Shown here in pieces: positions 39,024 to 49,040 of a stretch of 64,000 bases of DNA (the stretch's first letter is position 1; each line of letters begins with the position of its first letter). Source of the DNA: Gemmatimonadaceae bacterium. Its GTDB lineage: Bacteria > Gemmatimonadota > Gemmatimonadetes > Gemmatimonadales > Gemmatimonadaceae. The translations under genes were made by a program, and so were the position numbers. The notes beneath the pieces were generated by a model. It made no database searches. It was not told the origin of the DNA and saw only the letters and a list, made by a program, of their open reading frames with translations. The stretch spans positions 864,001 to 928,000 of the forward strand of contig JBJMOW010000005.1 of NCBI GenBank assembly GCA_045803545.1, read 5' to 3'.

Positions 39024-40007
39024 CTAACGCCAGACCAGGACGATTTTTCCGAACGTCGTGTTGGACTCCATCACCCCGTGCGCTTCAGCCATTTGATCGA
39101 ACGACAGCACTCGGTCGACTATTGGCTTTAGTCGTTCACTTCCAAACAGCGGCATCATCCGCGCGGAGAAGTCTCTCGCCAGCGCGATCTTTTCTTCGAT
39201 CGGGCGAGCGCGAAGTGTCGTGCCTACCACCGTTCCGCGCTTGCGCAGCAGGACTCCCATGTTGAACTGCGCCATGTGCCCAGCGGTGAGACCGACTACA
39301 ACAATCCGCCCTTTGAGCGCGAGCACGCGAAGGTTTCCCTCCAGATAATTGCCGCCGACGAGGTCTAGAATCGCATCCACGCCGTTGGCGCCGGCCTCCT
39401 TCTCGATTTGCGTTGCCCAGTCGACTTTCGATGCGTCGACGCCGATGTCGACACCGAGCTCCTTGACGCGAGCGAGTTTTTGCGGCGATCGAGCCGTCCC
39501 AATGACGCGCGCGCCAATCAGCGTCGCGAGCTGCACGGCTGCCGTGCCGACGCCGCTTCCCACTGCGTGAATCAACAGCGTTTCACCAGACCGCAGGCTC
39601 AGTCGCGTGAACAAAGCGTCGTACGCCGTCAGAAAAACTTCGGGGATAGCCGCCGCGTTTTCCCACGACATTCCGGCCGGCACCGGCATCGCTTCGCGCT
39701 CGTGCACCGTTACAAACTCGGCATGACCGCCACCACCGATGATTCCCATCACCCGGTCGCCCTTCTTCCAGAGCTGACAGCCTTCGCCGAGTGCGTCGAC
39801 TTCGCCCGCGTACTCCATTCCAGCGATGTCCTCGGGCGAACCCGGCGGCACCGGATAATTACCGGCGCGCTGAAGGAGATCTGCCCGGTTCAAGGCCGAC
39901 GCGCGGACTCTCACTCGAATCTGGCCGGCACCCGGCTCCGGCGTCGGCCGATCCTGAACTTCGAGTACTTCCGGGCCTCCCGGGCGCGTGATAATGACAG
40001 CTCTCAT
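39024..40007 (-). CDS. NAD(P)H-quinone oxidoreductase, PIG3 family
   Basis: ALNRADLLQRAGNYP, AAAIPEVFLTAY, IHAVGSGVGTAA and GKIVL motifs. Confidence 0.92.
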   Translation of the reverse strand: MRAVIITRPGGPEVLEVQDRPTPEPGAGQIRVRVRASALNRADLLQRAGNYPVPPGSPEDIAGMEYAGEVDALGEGCQLWKKGDRVMGIIGGGGHAEFVTVHEREAMPVPAGMSWENAAAIPEVFLTAYDALFTRLSLRSGETLLIHAVGSGVGTAAVQLATLIGARVIGTARSPQKLARVKELGVDIGVDASKVDWATQIEKEAGANGVDAILDLVGGNYLEGNLRVLALKGRIVVVGLTAGHMAQFNMGVLLRKRGTVVGTTLRARPIEEKIALARDFSARMMPLFGSERLKPIVDRVLSFDQMAEAHGVMESNTTFGKIVLVWR

Positions 40008-40015
40008 TTCAGATT

Positions 40016-40933
40016 CTATAACAGACTCGCGACGACGCTCGCGACGTATCGATCTGCCCGCTCGGCTAAGACGTCGGTACTGATGAATGGGAACCCCTCT
40101 GCAACCCAGCCGCCGTACATGGTAATTGGGCCCGGCAGCAGCTCCACCACCGTCATCAAATCCCAATACGGATCGTAGGTGAAGTCAGCACCCGCTGCTT
40201 TCTTGTAGGCTTCCAGAAACTCGTCGGCCACCTCGACGCTATAGAGATTGGCGAGGTTGTGGCGGCACCAGGCAACGTCGATTCCTACGGGTCCCTTGCA
40301 CGCGTTCACCCAATCGACAACGCCGCTGACTTTGCCATCGAGCCATAGCAGGTTGCTGGGATGATAATCACGGTGAATGAAGCACTCGCGTGACTGTGGG
40401 GGCGAACTGCCGACTATTTCGATCGCCGTATGCCATGCCTGTGGTTCTCGTGACCAGCCTGGTACTTCGAGGCGCTCCTCGACGTTGAAGCGTCGATAAG
40501 TCCAGGGAAATCCGTCGGCGTCGAGGCGATGAATTTCAACTGCCGCGGCCGCCATCTCGGTCAGCCACGTCGAGAGATCTTCCGGTCGCAGCTGCGTCGC
40601 GCCGGGCAGCATGGTCGTTAGAGTCGCGGGAGTGCCGGACTCGTCGCCGTCCGAATCGAAAGCGACGAGCGTGGGCACTCGGAGGTTTGCATTGGACGCC
40701 CAGGCGAGCGCAGCCGCCTCGTGCGCGACGAGATCCGGCTCAGCCTTCAGCCATTGCTTGTCGGTGAAGCGTCGCAGCACCAGCTGAACGCGTTTGCCAT
40801 CGAGGGCAACCTCGATTGCATCGAGTCGCGCCGAAGTCCCCGCCGGGATGTGATGCGCCCATCTCAACCTCGCTTTTCCGGGGAGAGCTCCGACAATCCA
40901 TTTCTTGACGCGTTGATCCAGCTCAGTGGGCAT
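40016..40933 (-). CDS. aminoglycoside phosphotransferase-family kinase
   Basis: HRDYHPSNLL and VVDWVNAC motifs. Confidence 0.88.
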   Translation of the reverse strand: MPTELDQRVKKWIVGALPGKARLRWAHHIPAGTSARLDAIEVALDGKRVQLVLRRFTDKQWLKAEPDLVAHEAAALAWASNANLRVPTLVAFDSDGDESGTPATLTTMLPGATQLRPEDLSTWLTEMAAAAVEIHRLDADGFPWTYRRFNVEERLEVPGWSREPQAWHTAIEIVGSSPPQSRECFIHRDYHPSNLLWLDGKVSGVVDWVNACKGPVGIDVAWCRHNLANLYSVEVADEFLEAYKKAAGADFTYDPYWDLMTVVELLPGPITMYGGWVAEGFPFISTDVLAERADRYVASVVASLL

Positions 40934-40978
40934 TACGAATCATGCATGGATGACCGCGCCGGGAAAAGTTTCCCGCGA

Positions 40979-41012
40979 AAAAAAAGAAAGGCCGGCGGAG
41001 AGCCGGCCTTCC
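40979..41012 (-). terminator. Rho-independent terminator after the M16 pair
   Basis: AAGGCCGGC-N5-GCCGGCCTT stem, followed by a T-run on the minus strand. Confidence 0.85.
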
Positions 41013-41034
41013 CAGAATTGACAGCTGATCCGAG

Positions 41035-42471
41035 CTATCTGAGCTTGTTGCCGTTCGCATCCCAGACTTCAACCGAGCCGAAGTTTCGCGCCCTGATCGG
41101 AGCTTCGATCTTGGAGAGATCGCCGGCGACGACAACGACAAGCTTGTTCGGCGTCAGTTTGCTGCTCGCGACCCGACGCACATCCTCTGGCGTGACGGCC
41201 GCCAGTCGCTCGCGATACGTGGTATAGAAATCCAGCGGCAGGCCCCAGACGATCAGATTCTGGAGACGCGTTGTCAGGCCCTGCACCGACTGTACCGCAT
41301 TTGGAAAGCCCGAGACCAGGTTGTTCACCAGCGCCTGGAGTTCCGGTGCCGGCACCGTCTCGGTCCCCAACCGGTTGTACTCGCCGATAGCCTCGACGAG
41401 CGCCGAGTCAGTGGCATTGGTTCTTACCTCAGAGCTCATTTGGAACACGCCTGCGCCGGGGCGGAGGTCGAGGCCACTGAATGCGCCGTAGGTGTAGCCA
41501 TGCTTTTCGCGAAGGTTGCTATTGAGACGGGAGCTAACTGCACCCCCGAAAACGTGATTCAACGCCAACATGGGGATGTACTCCGGATCCGTAGCCTGGA
41601 AGCCGGGCTGGCCGACGATGATCGTCGACTGCACGGAGCCCGGACGATCCACCAGAATCACGCGAGTGCCGGTGCCGGTGTGCACCGGATTCGCTACCGC
41701 AGCAGTGGCGGCTCGAGTAGCGCTCCACGAGCCGAATGCCTGCTGCGCAACCGACCTCGCCTCGGCAGGAGTGATATCTCCGACCATGAGCAGCGTCGAA
41801 GCCGACGGCGCGTACATCGTGCGCTGCCAATTCACGACATCGTCACGAGTGAGCGCGTTGATCGACGCCATCGTTCCGTTGGGCGGTCTGGAGAATGGCG
41901 CGGTCGAGTCGAATGCGGCCCGAACAAAGGCATCGCTGGCGAGTCCGCTCGTTCGCGCATGAGACTGCTGGTAAGCGGCGATCGCCTGGTTCTTCACTCG
42001 AGCGAATTCGCTGGTCGGGAAGCTCGGTGACATCACCGTCTTCGCGGCCAGCTGCAGCGCCTGCGGAAAGACATTCTTCAATGCGACGACGTCGGCGAAC
42101 GACGTGCTGTAGCCCCCGCCGGTCTGATACTGCGCGCCGAGTGCATCCATCTGGCGGGCGATTTCTGCGCCCGACAGGTCGGCAGTTCCTTCCGACAACA
42201 GGCGGCCGGTGAGTGATGCGAGACCATTTTTCGCCGCGGGCTCGCGCTGCGCGCCGGCGTCGATGATCAGTCTGCCCTCGACTTCGGGAAGATTGTGCTT
42301 CTCGACGACGATGACCTTGAGTCCGTTGGCGAGCTGGAACTGATTTACCTGCGGAAATACGTACGGGCGCAGCGGTCCAGGCGCCGGAGGCGTCTGAGTC
42401 TGCGCATTTGCGGTAACAGCGCCAATCGCAAGCGATAGCGCGACGATTTTGATTCTGTTTGCGCTATGCAT
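41035..42471 (-). CDS. M16 peptidase, non-catalytic subunit
   Basis: LANGLKV and SSRLNSNLREKHGYTYG motifs; lacks HxxEH; signal peptide. Confidence 0.9.
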   Translation of the reverse strand: MHSANRIKIVALSLAIGAVTANAQTQTPPAPGPLRPYVFPQVNQFQLANGLKVIVVEKHNLPEVEGRLIIDAGAQREPAAKNGLASLTGRLLSEGTADLSGAEIARQMDALGAQYQTGGGYSTSFADVVALKNVFPQALQLAAKTVMSPSFPTSEFARVKNQAIAAYQQSHARTSGLASDAFVRAAFDSTAPFSRPPNGTMASINALTRDDVVNWQRTMYAPSASTLLMVGDITPAEARSVAQQAFGSWSATRAATAAVANPVHTGTGTRVILVDRPGSVQSTIIVGQPGFQATDPEYIPMLALNHVFGGAVSSRLNSNLREKHGYTYGAFSGLDLRPGAGVFQMSSEVRTNATDSALVEAIGEYNRLGTETVPAPELQALVNNLVSGFPNAVQSVQGLTTRLQNLIVWGLPLDFYTTYRERLAAVTPEDVRRVASSKLTPNKLVVVVAGDLSKIEAPIRARNFGSVEVWDANGNKLR

Positions 42472-43880
42472 TATTGAGTCCTCGTATCGGCTGATGCCGT
42501 CTTCTTGGCTGGCACGTAGATCAGAACCGCGCGGTTCGTCGGAACGAGCCGCTCATGCGCCAGCGCGTTGAGATCGTCGAGCGACACGCGGTCGTAGTCA
42601 GCCAACACCTTGTTGACGTGATTTGGATCGTGGAAGAAAGTCCAGCCTTCGGCGAGACGATCAGCGCGTCCGCCAAAGCCGCCGGTAGTCTGTAAACCAT
42701 TCACGAAGCCGAAACGCTCCGTCGCGCGTGCACGCTCCAACTCCGCCTGAGTGAAGCTGCTGGCGCCTGCGAGCTCCGCCATCATGGCGACTTCGAGCGA
42801 GTCGGCGTTGGCGCCCGGCTTACCCGTGGCGATGAAGACCAGCTCGTCTCCGCCGCCGGACAGACCGAGGTTGAAAGCAGTCACGTTCGTCGCAATCTGC
42901 TGGCGGCGCACGAGGGCGTCGTACAGGCGGGACGAGCGACCGGAACCGATGATGTCGCCCAGTAGCGACACCGTTGGAGAACGTCGATCTGTGGCCGGCG
43001 GAACTCTGTAGCCGACGTAGATCGCAGGCGCGGGCGCCTGTTGATCGGTGATGACGTAACGCTGCTGATGACCGATCACCGCCGGTACCGACATGTTCGC
43101 GAGGGCCGGAACTTTCGGTCCGCGCGGAATCGACCCGAAATACTTGCGCACCATCTGCTTCACTTGGGGCACGTCGATGTCGCCGGCGACGACGAGCACG
43201 GCGTTGTTGGGCGCGTAGTATGTCTTGAAGAAGTTCTCAACGTCGGTCAGACTCGCCGCGGATAGATCGGTCATCGAGCCGATCACGGAGTGGTGATAGG
43301 GGTGGCCCTCGGGAAACAGCGCCTCGCCCATCTTCTCGAGCCACGTTCCGTAAGGCTGATTGTCGACCGACTGACGCCTCTCGTTCTTAACGACTTCGCG
43401 CTGGTTATCGAGCTTGGCCTGATCCATCGCGTTGAGCAGCGTGCCCATACGATCCGACTCCAGCCACAGCGCGAGCTCGACCTGGTTCGACGGTACCTGC
43501 TCGAAGTAGTTCGTGCGGTCCCAGCTGGTGGTGCCGTTGATGTCGGCGCCGCCGCGTCCGCCCGCTGCTTCGAGCAGAGCGAAGTGCTGGCCCTTGGCGA
43601 CGTTCTTCGAGCCCTGGAACATCATGTGCTCGAACAAATGAGCGAAGCCGGTGTGCCCCGGCTGTTCCATCTTCGATCCGACGTTATACCAGAGGAGGAC
43701 CGCCGCTACGGGAGTGGAGTGATCGACGTGGTAGATCACATTCAGCCCGTTGGGCAGTGTTTCCTGGGTATAGTCGATACGCACCTCGGGACTCTTGCCC
43801 GCTTGCGTTCTGGATGCCTGCGCGCCGGCGTTCATGGCGACAAGACATGTTAGAGAGACCGCAAATACGCGGAGTCTCAT
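42471..43880 (-). CDS. M16 zinc peptidase, catalytic subunit
   Basis: GFAHLFEHMMF (HxxEH), WLESDRM and YYAPNNAVL motifs; signal peptide. Confidence 0.94.
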   Translation of the reverse strand: MRLRVFAVSLTCLVAMNAGAQASRTQAGKSPEVRIDYTQETLPNGLNVIYHVDHSTPVAAVLLWYNVGSKMEQPGHTGFAHLFEHMMFQGSKNVAKGQHFALLEAAGGRGGADINGTTSWDRTNYFEQVPSNQVELALWLESDRMGTLLNAMDQAKLDNQREVVKNERRQSVDNQPYGTWLEKMGEALFPEGHPYHHSVIGSMTDLSAASLTDVENFFKTYYAPNNAVLVVAGDIDVPQVKQMVRKYFGSIPRGPKVPALANMSVPAVIGHQQRYVITDQQAPAPAIYVGYRVPPATDRRSPTVSLLGDIIGSGRSSRLYDALVRRQQIATNVTAFNLGLSGGGDELVFIATGKPGANADSLEVAMMAELAGASSFTQAELERARATERFGFVNGLQTTGGFGGRADRLAEGWTFFHDPNHVNKVLADYDRVSLDDLNALAHERLVPTNRAVLIYVPAKKTASADTRTQ

Positions 43881-44001
43881 TCGACCTCCATTGATTTGTT
43901 GAGTGCGTGCGCGTTGGACGGGAACGGCACGCGGGGGAGGACCAAAATAGGAAACGGGTTCGCGGGGGGAAAGAGTCTTGTTCGTACCGAGGACTTTAGA
44001 A

Positions 44002-44184
44002 GCGCACTACTTCGCTGAGCGCTGACCGCTTCACGCTCACCGCTTGGCGCTGCCGGCAACATGACAGAACTCATGGCATAAAAGCGAACAGATCGCGTTT
44101 CCTTGGTTGGGTCGCGACCTGTCCCGTCGCTTGTCGCGGACAGCGATCAGCGTGAAGCGCTCAGCGCTCAGCGAAGTACTGCGC
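44002..44184. repeat. ~180-bp inverted-repeat element with 43-bp arms built from CGCTGAG-like heptamers
   Basis: GCGCACTACTTCGCTGAGCGCTGACCGCTTCACGCTCACCGCT pairs with AGCGATCAGCGTGAAGCGCTCAGCGCTCAGCGAAGTACTGCGC. Confidence 0.85.
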
Positions 44185-44207
44185 GGTTAAGTCCTCATTC
44201 CGCCGCC

Positions 44208-45437
44208 CTACTCGTAACGCAGCGACTGAATCGGATCCAGGCTCGCCGCTCTCCGTGCTGGCCAAACACCGAACAGTATCCCGACAAACCCCGAGAAGAA
44301 GAACGCCAGCAGGATCGACGACGGCGCCACCGAGGTGTTGAAGTTGCCGAACTTGGCCAGCGCGATTGCGCCGAGCCACCCAAAGACGATTCCGCCGACA
44401 CCGCCGAGCAGGCACAACACAACTGCTTCGATCAGGAACTGAAGGAGAATGTTCTTTGGAGTCGCGCCGAGTGCTTTGCGGACGCCGATCTCGCGGGTGC
44501 GCTCCGTTACGGACACCAGCATGATGTTCATGATGCCGATGCCGCCGACGAGCAAACTCACCGCGGCGATGCCCGAGAGGAGGAAGGTGAAGATCTGCGT
44601 CGTCTCACCGAGCGTGTTCAGGAAGTCGGCCTGACTGCGAATCTGGAAATCGTCGGGGACGCCGACGCGCAGCCGGTGCTCTCGGCGCAGAATGCGTTGA
44701 ATGTCCGCCATCGCATTTGGTATTTGCGCTTCCGATGCCGCGAGCACACCGATCTGACGCAACCTGTCGCTACCGAAAAGACGGAACTGCGCTGTTGTAA
44801 TCGGGACCAGCACCTGATCATCGGGGTTGCCGAATCCACCGCTATTGCCTTTGCTCGCCAACACACCGATGACCTGAAACAGGAATCCGCCGATTCTCAC
44901 GTTCTGATCCACGAGAGATTGCGCGGGGACTCCAAGATTATCGGGAATCGCCGCGCCAAGAACTGCGACGCGTTTGCTTGCACGGTCATCGCCCTGGGTG
45001 AACATCTTCCCGTAAGCGATCGCATACTTGCGGACGTCCAGATAGTTCGCCGTCGTGCCGAGCACCGTGGTATTGGTGTTCGTATTCAGATACTGCACCT
45101 GCAGTTGCTTCTGCATCTCGGGCTCGACGGCGGAGATGGCGCCGCCCGCCGTGGCAGCCGAATCCAGAAGCGTCGCATCGGACACGGTCATCGGCGCGCG
45201 ATCATTCCCGGAGGACACGCCGCCAGGTGCGAAGATCTGGCCGGGCGAAACTGACAAAAGCGTAGTTCCCAGTGCGCTGATTCGCGCTTGCACCGATTCC
45301 GACGCGCCGCGTCCGAGCGCGACGACCGCAATCACTGCTCCGACGCCGATGACGACGCCGAGCATCGTCAGGAAAGAGCGCAGCTTATTGGCGCGTAGTG
45401 CGCCAAGCGCAACACCGATTGTCTCGCCAAGTAGCAT
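44208..45437 (-). CDS. MacB-like ABC transporter permease (no fused ATPase)
   Basis: RSFLTMLGVVIGV, GGIGIMNIMLVSVTERTREIGVRKALGA and PARRAASLDPI motifs. Confidence 0.94.
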   Translation of the reverse strand: MLLGETIGVALGALRANKLRSFLTMLGVVIGVGAVIAVVALGRGASESVQARISALGTTLLSVSPGQIFAPGGVSSGNDRAPMTVSDATLLDSAATAGGAISAVEPEMQKQLQVQYLNTNTNTTVLGTTANYLDVRKYAIAYGKMFTQGDDRASKRVAVLGAAIPDNLGVPAQSLVDQNVRIGGFLFQVIGVLASKGNSGGFGNPDDQVLVPITTAQFRLFGSDRLRQIGVLAASEAQIPNAMADIQRILRREHRLRVGVPDDFQIRSQADFLNTLGETTQIFTFLLSGIAAVSLLVGGIGIMNIMLVSVTERTREIGVRKALGATPKNILLQFLIEAVVLCLLGGVGGIVFGWLGAIALAKFGNFNTSVAPSSILLAFFFSGFVGILFGVWPARRAASLDPIQSLRYE

Positions 45438-46976
45438 TTACTGCCCTCCTCTCCCGCCGCCTCCGCCAGTGCGACCGCCACCGGCGCCGCCGCCAGCCCC
45501 TCCTCCAGCCGCTGGTGTCTGCTGCTGTTGCAGACCTCCGCCCGCGCCGGCGCGGACGCGATTCTGCAATTGCTCGCGCTGCGCTTGCAGCACCGCCGGG
45601 CCGAGCAGCGCCACCATCTCACCCTGCTGGAGTCCGCTCAGGATCTCGGTGTAGTCGAAGTCGCTGATGCCGACGCGCACAACCCTCGGCGAATACGTGT
45701 CACCCTTCTTTACGAACACGAACATCGGTCCGCCTGTTCCGCCCCCGCCGGCACTGCCTGTACCCCCACCGCCTGCCGCACCGGCGCCCCCCTGACGCGA
45801 GAACCCGCCTGTCCCGCCACCACGCTGGCCAGTCGATGAGGGCGTTCCGGAAGCTGCGCCACCGGATCGACCACGGAATGAAGTAGTGTCACCGGGCGCT
45901 CGATTGAATCTGCGCGTGGTGTCTCCGCCCGCTGTAGATGACGCAGTCGACGACGCCGTTCCACCACGACCGCCGCGCGCTGCACGGGCGGCGGTAACTG
46001 CGGCTTTGATGGAATCAGCCGATACACCAAGTACCGGCGCAACAACTGCCGCGTCGCGCGAATTCCTGATCGCGTCACTCGGCACGGCCAGAACGTTGTC
46101 GTGATGCGCGATGTCCATCGTCACCTGGCCGTTCATGCCGGGCTTGAGCGCGCCGTCGAAATTGTTGAGCGAAACCAGTACGGGAAACATCGTCACGCTC
46201 GACTGCACCACTGCTTCTGGCTCAACCTGCTCGACCAGCCCGACGAATCGCCGGTTCGGAAAAGCATCGACGGTCACGGTGGCACTTTGCGCCGGCTGCA
46301 CGCTGCCGATGTCCGTCTCATTTACGAATGCGCGCATCCGCACCTTGGTGAGGTCAGCCATTTTCAGAATTGTGGTACCGCCACTCGCCGACGACGTCGC
46401 CGAGCTGATCACCATTCCTTCCGAAACCGGCTTCTCGATGATGGTGCCGTTGCTGGGCGCGCGAACCGTCGCATCCTCGAGCCGTACTTTCGCGATCGAC
46501 AGGTTGGTGCGCGCCTTGATCAGATTGGCGTCGGCGTTGGCGAAATCGAGTGTCGCCTGATCCATCTCCTGCGCCGTGATGATTTTTTCTTTGTACAACT
46601 CCGCCGAGCGATTGCGCTGCGCCAGGGCGGTGGAGCGCTGCGCCGTTGCCGACGAGACATCTGCTGCTGCCTGGGTGTACTGATTCTGCACGTCTCGCGG
46701 ATCGATCTGTACCAGGAGATCACCGGTTTTCACGTTCGATCCGATGTCGACCGGCATCCGCACAATCGTGCCTGACGCTTTGGATTTTACTTCGACGATG
46801 TCGACAGGCTCGACGGTTCCGTTTGCCTGCACGCTGAGCGCTATGGTGCGTCGCTCAACGGCGACCGTCTCGATGACGAGCGCCGGATCTGTGCTCTTCT
46901 TGCATGCGCCGAGCGTGAGAATGGCGGTAATCAACAGCGCCTTACTGCGTACCGAAATCAGTTTCGTCCCGTTCAT
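45438..46976 (-). CDS. MacA-like membrane fusion / periplasmic adaptor lipoprotein
   Basis: Lipobox LGAC; VEVKSKASG, VRAPSNG and LKPGM motifs; Gly-rich inserts. Confidence 0.92.
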   Translation of the reverse strand: MNGTKLISVRSKALLITAILTLGACKKSTDPALVIETVAVERRTIALSVQANGTVEPVDIVEVKSKASGTIVRMPVDIGSNVKTGDLLVQIDPRDVQNQYTQAAADVSSATAQRSTALAQRNRSAELYKEKIITAQEMDQATLDFANADANLIKARTNLSIAKVRLEDATVRAPSNGTIIEKPVSEGMVISSATSSASGGTTILKMADLTKVRMRAFVNETDIGSVQPAQSATVTVDAFPNRRFVGLVEQVEPEAVVQSSVTMFPVLVSLNNFDGALKPGMNGQVTMDIAHHDNVLAVPSDAIRNSRDAAVVAPVLGVSADSIKAAVTAARAARGGRGGTASSTASSTAGGDTTRRFNRAPGDTTSFRGRSGGAASGTPSSTGQRGGGTGGFSRQGGAGAAGGGGTGSAGGGGTGGPMFVFVKKGDTYSPRVVRVGISDFDYTEILSGLQQGEMVALLGPAVLQAQREQLQNRVRAGAGGGLQQQQTPAAGGGAGGGAGGGRTGGGGGRGGQ

Positions 46977-47003
46977 TAGTTCGTTGCGTTCAGTTTTCGT
47001 TCG

Positions 47004-48377
47004 TCACTGCAGATCGCGTCCGATCAGCGCTTCCAGCTGCGCCCGCGCGATCCTGTAGTCGTACCGCGCCTGGATCAGAGCCTGTTCCGCCGTCGCGAGT
47101 GCGGCCTGGGATGTAATGAGGTCCAGCAAGGTGGAGGCGCCAATGTTGTACCGCTGCTGCTGCACGCGCACGTCTTCCTGTGCCGCCGCGACTGAGGCGA
47201 TCTGCACGGCGACTCGCTGCGACGCGCCGCGAAGGGCGCCGATGAACTGGGTCAGCTCTTCTACCGCCGCCAGCTGTGAGTCGCGCAGCTCAGCCTGCGA
47301 GTTCACTTCCGCGACACGCGCCCGCACGACGTCCTCTTCGCGCTGGAAGTTGTTGAACAGCGGATAGGAAAGCGAGAACGAAAGGCGGCCGCTGTACGTG
47401 AACGGGTCGTTGCCGAGACCGAAGCGGGGATCCGTTCCGGTTCCGCTGCGTGAATAGGCAACGCTTAGAGATGGCAGATACTGGCCGCGCGCGGCTTTTC
47501 GATTTTCAGTCGCAGCATCGAGGTTCGCCTGCGCTTGTTGCACCGCCGGTCCGATCTTCGCCAGCTCCGCTAGCTGCGCGCTGTCCGGCAATGCGGCCAT
47601 GTTTTCCTGCACGGAAGTTGGGTCCGCCGTCACCGGGACTGGAGAGCCGACCAGCCGCGTCAGCGCAGCATCGCCTGCTTCCTTGGCGCTCTGCGCCGTG
47701 ATCAGCGCCAGCTGGGCGTTTCCGACCTGAATCACACCGCGCAGCGAGTCGGATCTGGTGGCAACACCAGCTCTCACCCGTAAGGCCGAGCTCTTGAACT
47801 GCTCCTGGGCCTGAGCCATCTGCAGCCGCGCTGCGTCTTCGCTCTCGATAGCGGCAAGCACCGCGTAGTACTGCTGCTTCACCTGCAGCGCGACGTTGTA
47901 CTTGACTGCAACTCTGTTCGCCTCGGCCGCGATAATACCGGCTTTTGCAGTGCGGAGAGCGTAGAGTCGCTGCCCGCCATCGAACAGCGTCATGTTGAGA
48001 TTGAGACCGACATTGTTGGTCGGCTGCGACGCGACGGTAACCTCCTCGCCGTTCGAATTGAGTCGGGTTTGACCACCGCCCAGCTGGACGATGTGGCCGG
48101 CGCTAATCGACGCGCTCGGGAGAATTGCACCAACGGCTGACGTGCGCGCTGCTTTGCTCGTTCGCTCGGTTCCCTCGGCAGCGATCGCCTGGGGCGAGTT
48201 CTGCTGGGCCATCGCCACCGCTTCCTGGAGCGTGATTTTGCGGGCGCTGTCGGGCGCTTTTGTCAGACCCGGTTGAAGGCCGGGTTGGATGACCTGGGCC
48301 GCGACGGAGCTCGCGGCGCTCACGAGAATGAACGCTGAGACTGAAAACAGTCTCATCGAGGACGGAAAATTGGGCAT
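47004..48377 (-). CDS. TolC family outer membrane efflux protein
   Basis: Two OEP repeats (TLFDGG, YPLFNNF); RYNIGASTLLDL. Confidence 0.92.
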   Translation of the reverse strand: MPNFPSSMRLFSVSAFILVSAASSVAAQVIQPGLQPGLTKAPDSARKITLQEAVAMAQQNSPQAIAAEGTERTSKAARTSAVGAILPSASISAGHIVQLGGGQTRLNSNGEEVTVASQPTNNVGLNLNMTLFDGGQRLYALRTAKAGIIAAEANRVAVKYNVALQVKQQYYAVLAAIESEDAARLQMAQAQEQFKSSALRVRAGVATRSDSLRGVIQVGNAQLALITAQSAKEAGDAALTRLVGSPVPVTADPTSVQENMAALPDSAQLAELAKIGPAVQQAQANLDAATENRKAARGQYLPSLSVAYSRSGTGTDPRFGLGNDPFTYSGRLSFSLSYPLFNNFQREEDVVRARVAEVNSQAELRDSQLAAVEELTQFIGALRGASQRVAVQIASVAAAQEDVRVQQQRYNIGASTLLDLITSQAALATAEQALIQARYDYRIARAQLEALIGRDLQ

Positions 48378-48399
48378 GTACCGAACACCTAATCGGTTG

Positions 48400-48430
48400 A
48401 AAACAAAAGGCCGCACCTGACTGCGGCCCT
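48400..48430 (-). terminator. terminator of the atp (F0/delta) operon
   Basis: Minus strand reads GGCCGCA-N6-TGCGGCC-TTTTGTTTT, about 60 bp after atpH. Confidence 0.8.
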
Positions 48431-48491
48431 TCAATAACTACGCCCAACTGATGTGGTGTGCTGAGATCGGAGCCTCCCGATCAGAACTCGC

Positions 48492-49040
48492 CTATCGAGA
48501 GACCGTCGTCAACATCCTCTGTTTGAGGACCGACAAGCGCTTGCGCACCGACCCGTCGATTACCGTGTCGCCCACCTTCACGATCAAACCGCCCAGGATC
48601 GCCGGGTTCGTATTGATGTGTGGGACAACCCGCTTACCAAACAAACGAGACAGCTGGCGGGCCAGTGCATCCCGCTCCGGCTCGCCTGGCTCGCGCGCAA
48701 CGGTAACGTTCGCGTGGAGGCGGTTCTCGGCTTCGTCGAGCAGCGTCTGGTATTCGGAGGCGATCGCCGGAATGAGCATCTGGCGTCGCTTCTTGATCAC
48801 CGTCCCGAGGTAGCGGAGAAAGAGCCGCGGCACCTTTTTGCCAAGAGCCTTTTCCAGAATGTCAATTTTATGAGATGCAGCGAGCTTCGGGGACTCTAGA
48901 AACGCGCGCAGAGTCTGATCCTCACGCATCGCAGTAGCGATTGCGGTGAGCAGCGCACCGAACTCTTCGATTTCGTCGCTCTTCCGCGCCAGCGCGAGGA
49001 GCGCTTCCGCGTAATTGCGACCGATCGTCGATTCGTTCAT
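48492..49040 (-). CDS. atpH: ATP synthase F1 subunit delta
   Basis: GRNYAEAL and ILGGLIVKVGDTVIDGSV motifs. Confidence 0.95.
   Translation of the reverse strand: MNESTIGRNYAEALLALARKSDEIEEFGALLTAIATAMREDQTLRAFLESPKLAASHKIDILEKALGKKVPRLFLRYLGTVIKKRRQMLIPAIASEYQTLLDEAENRLHANVTVAREPGEPERDALARQLSRLFGKRVVPHINTNPAILGGLIVKVGDTVIDGSVRKRLSVLKQRMLTTVSR

Noticed and set aside
40016..40933. Aminoglycoside resistance gene
   Set aside because: Only generic APH/choline-kinase family motifs are present, in a chromosomal non-mobile context; the substrate cannot be inferred.
45440..45980. Gly-rich repeats in the MacA-like gene as a DNA repeat element
   Set aside because: They are in-frame low-complexity protein linkers with varied codons, not a nucleotide repeat.
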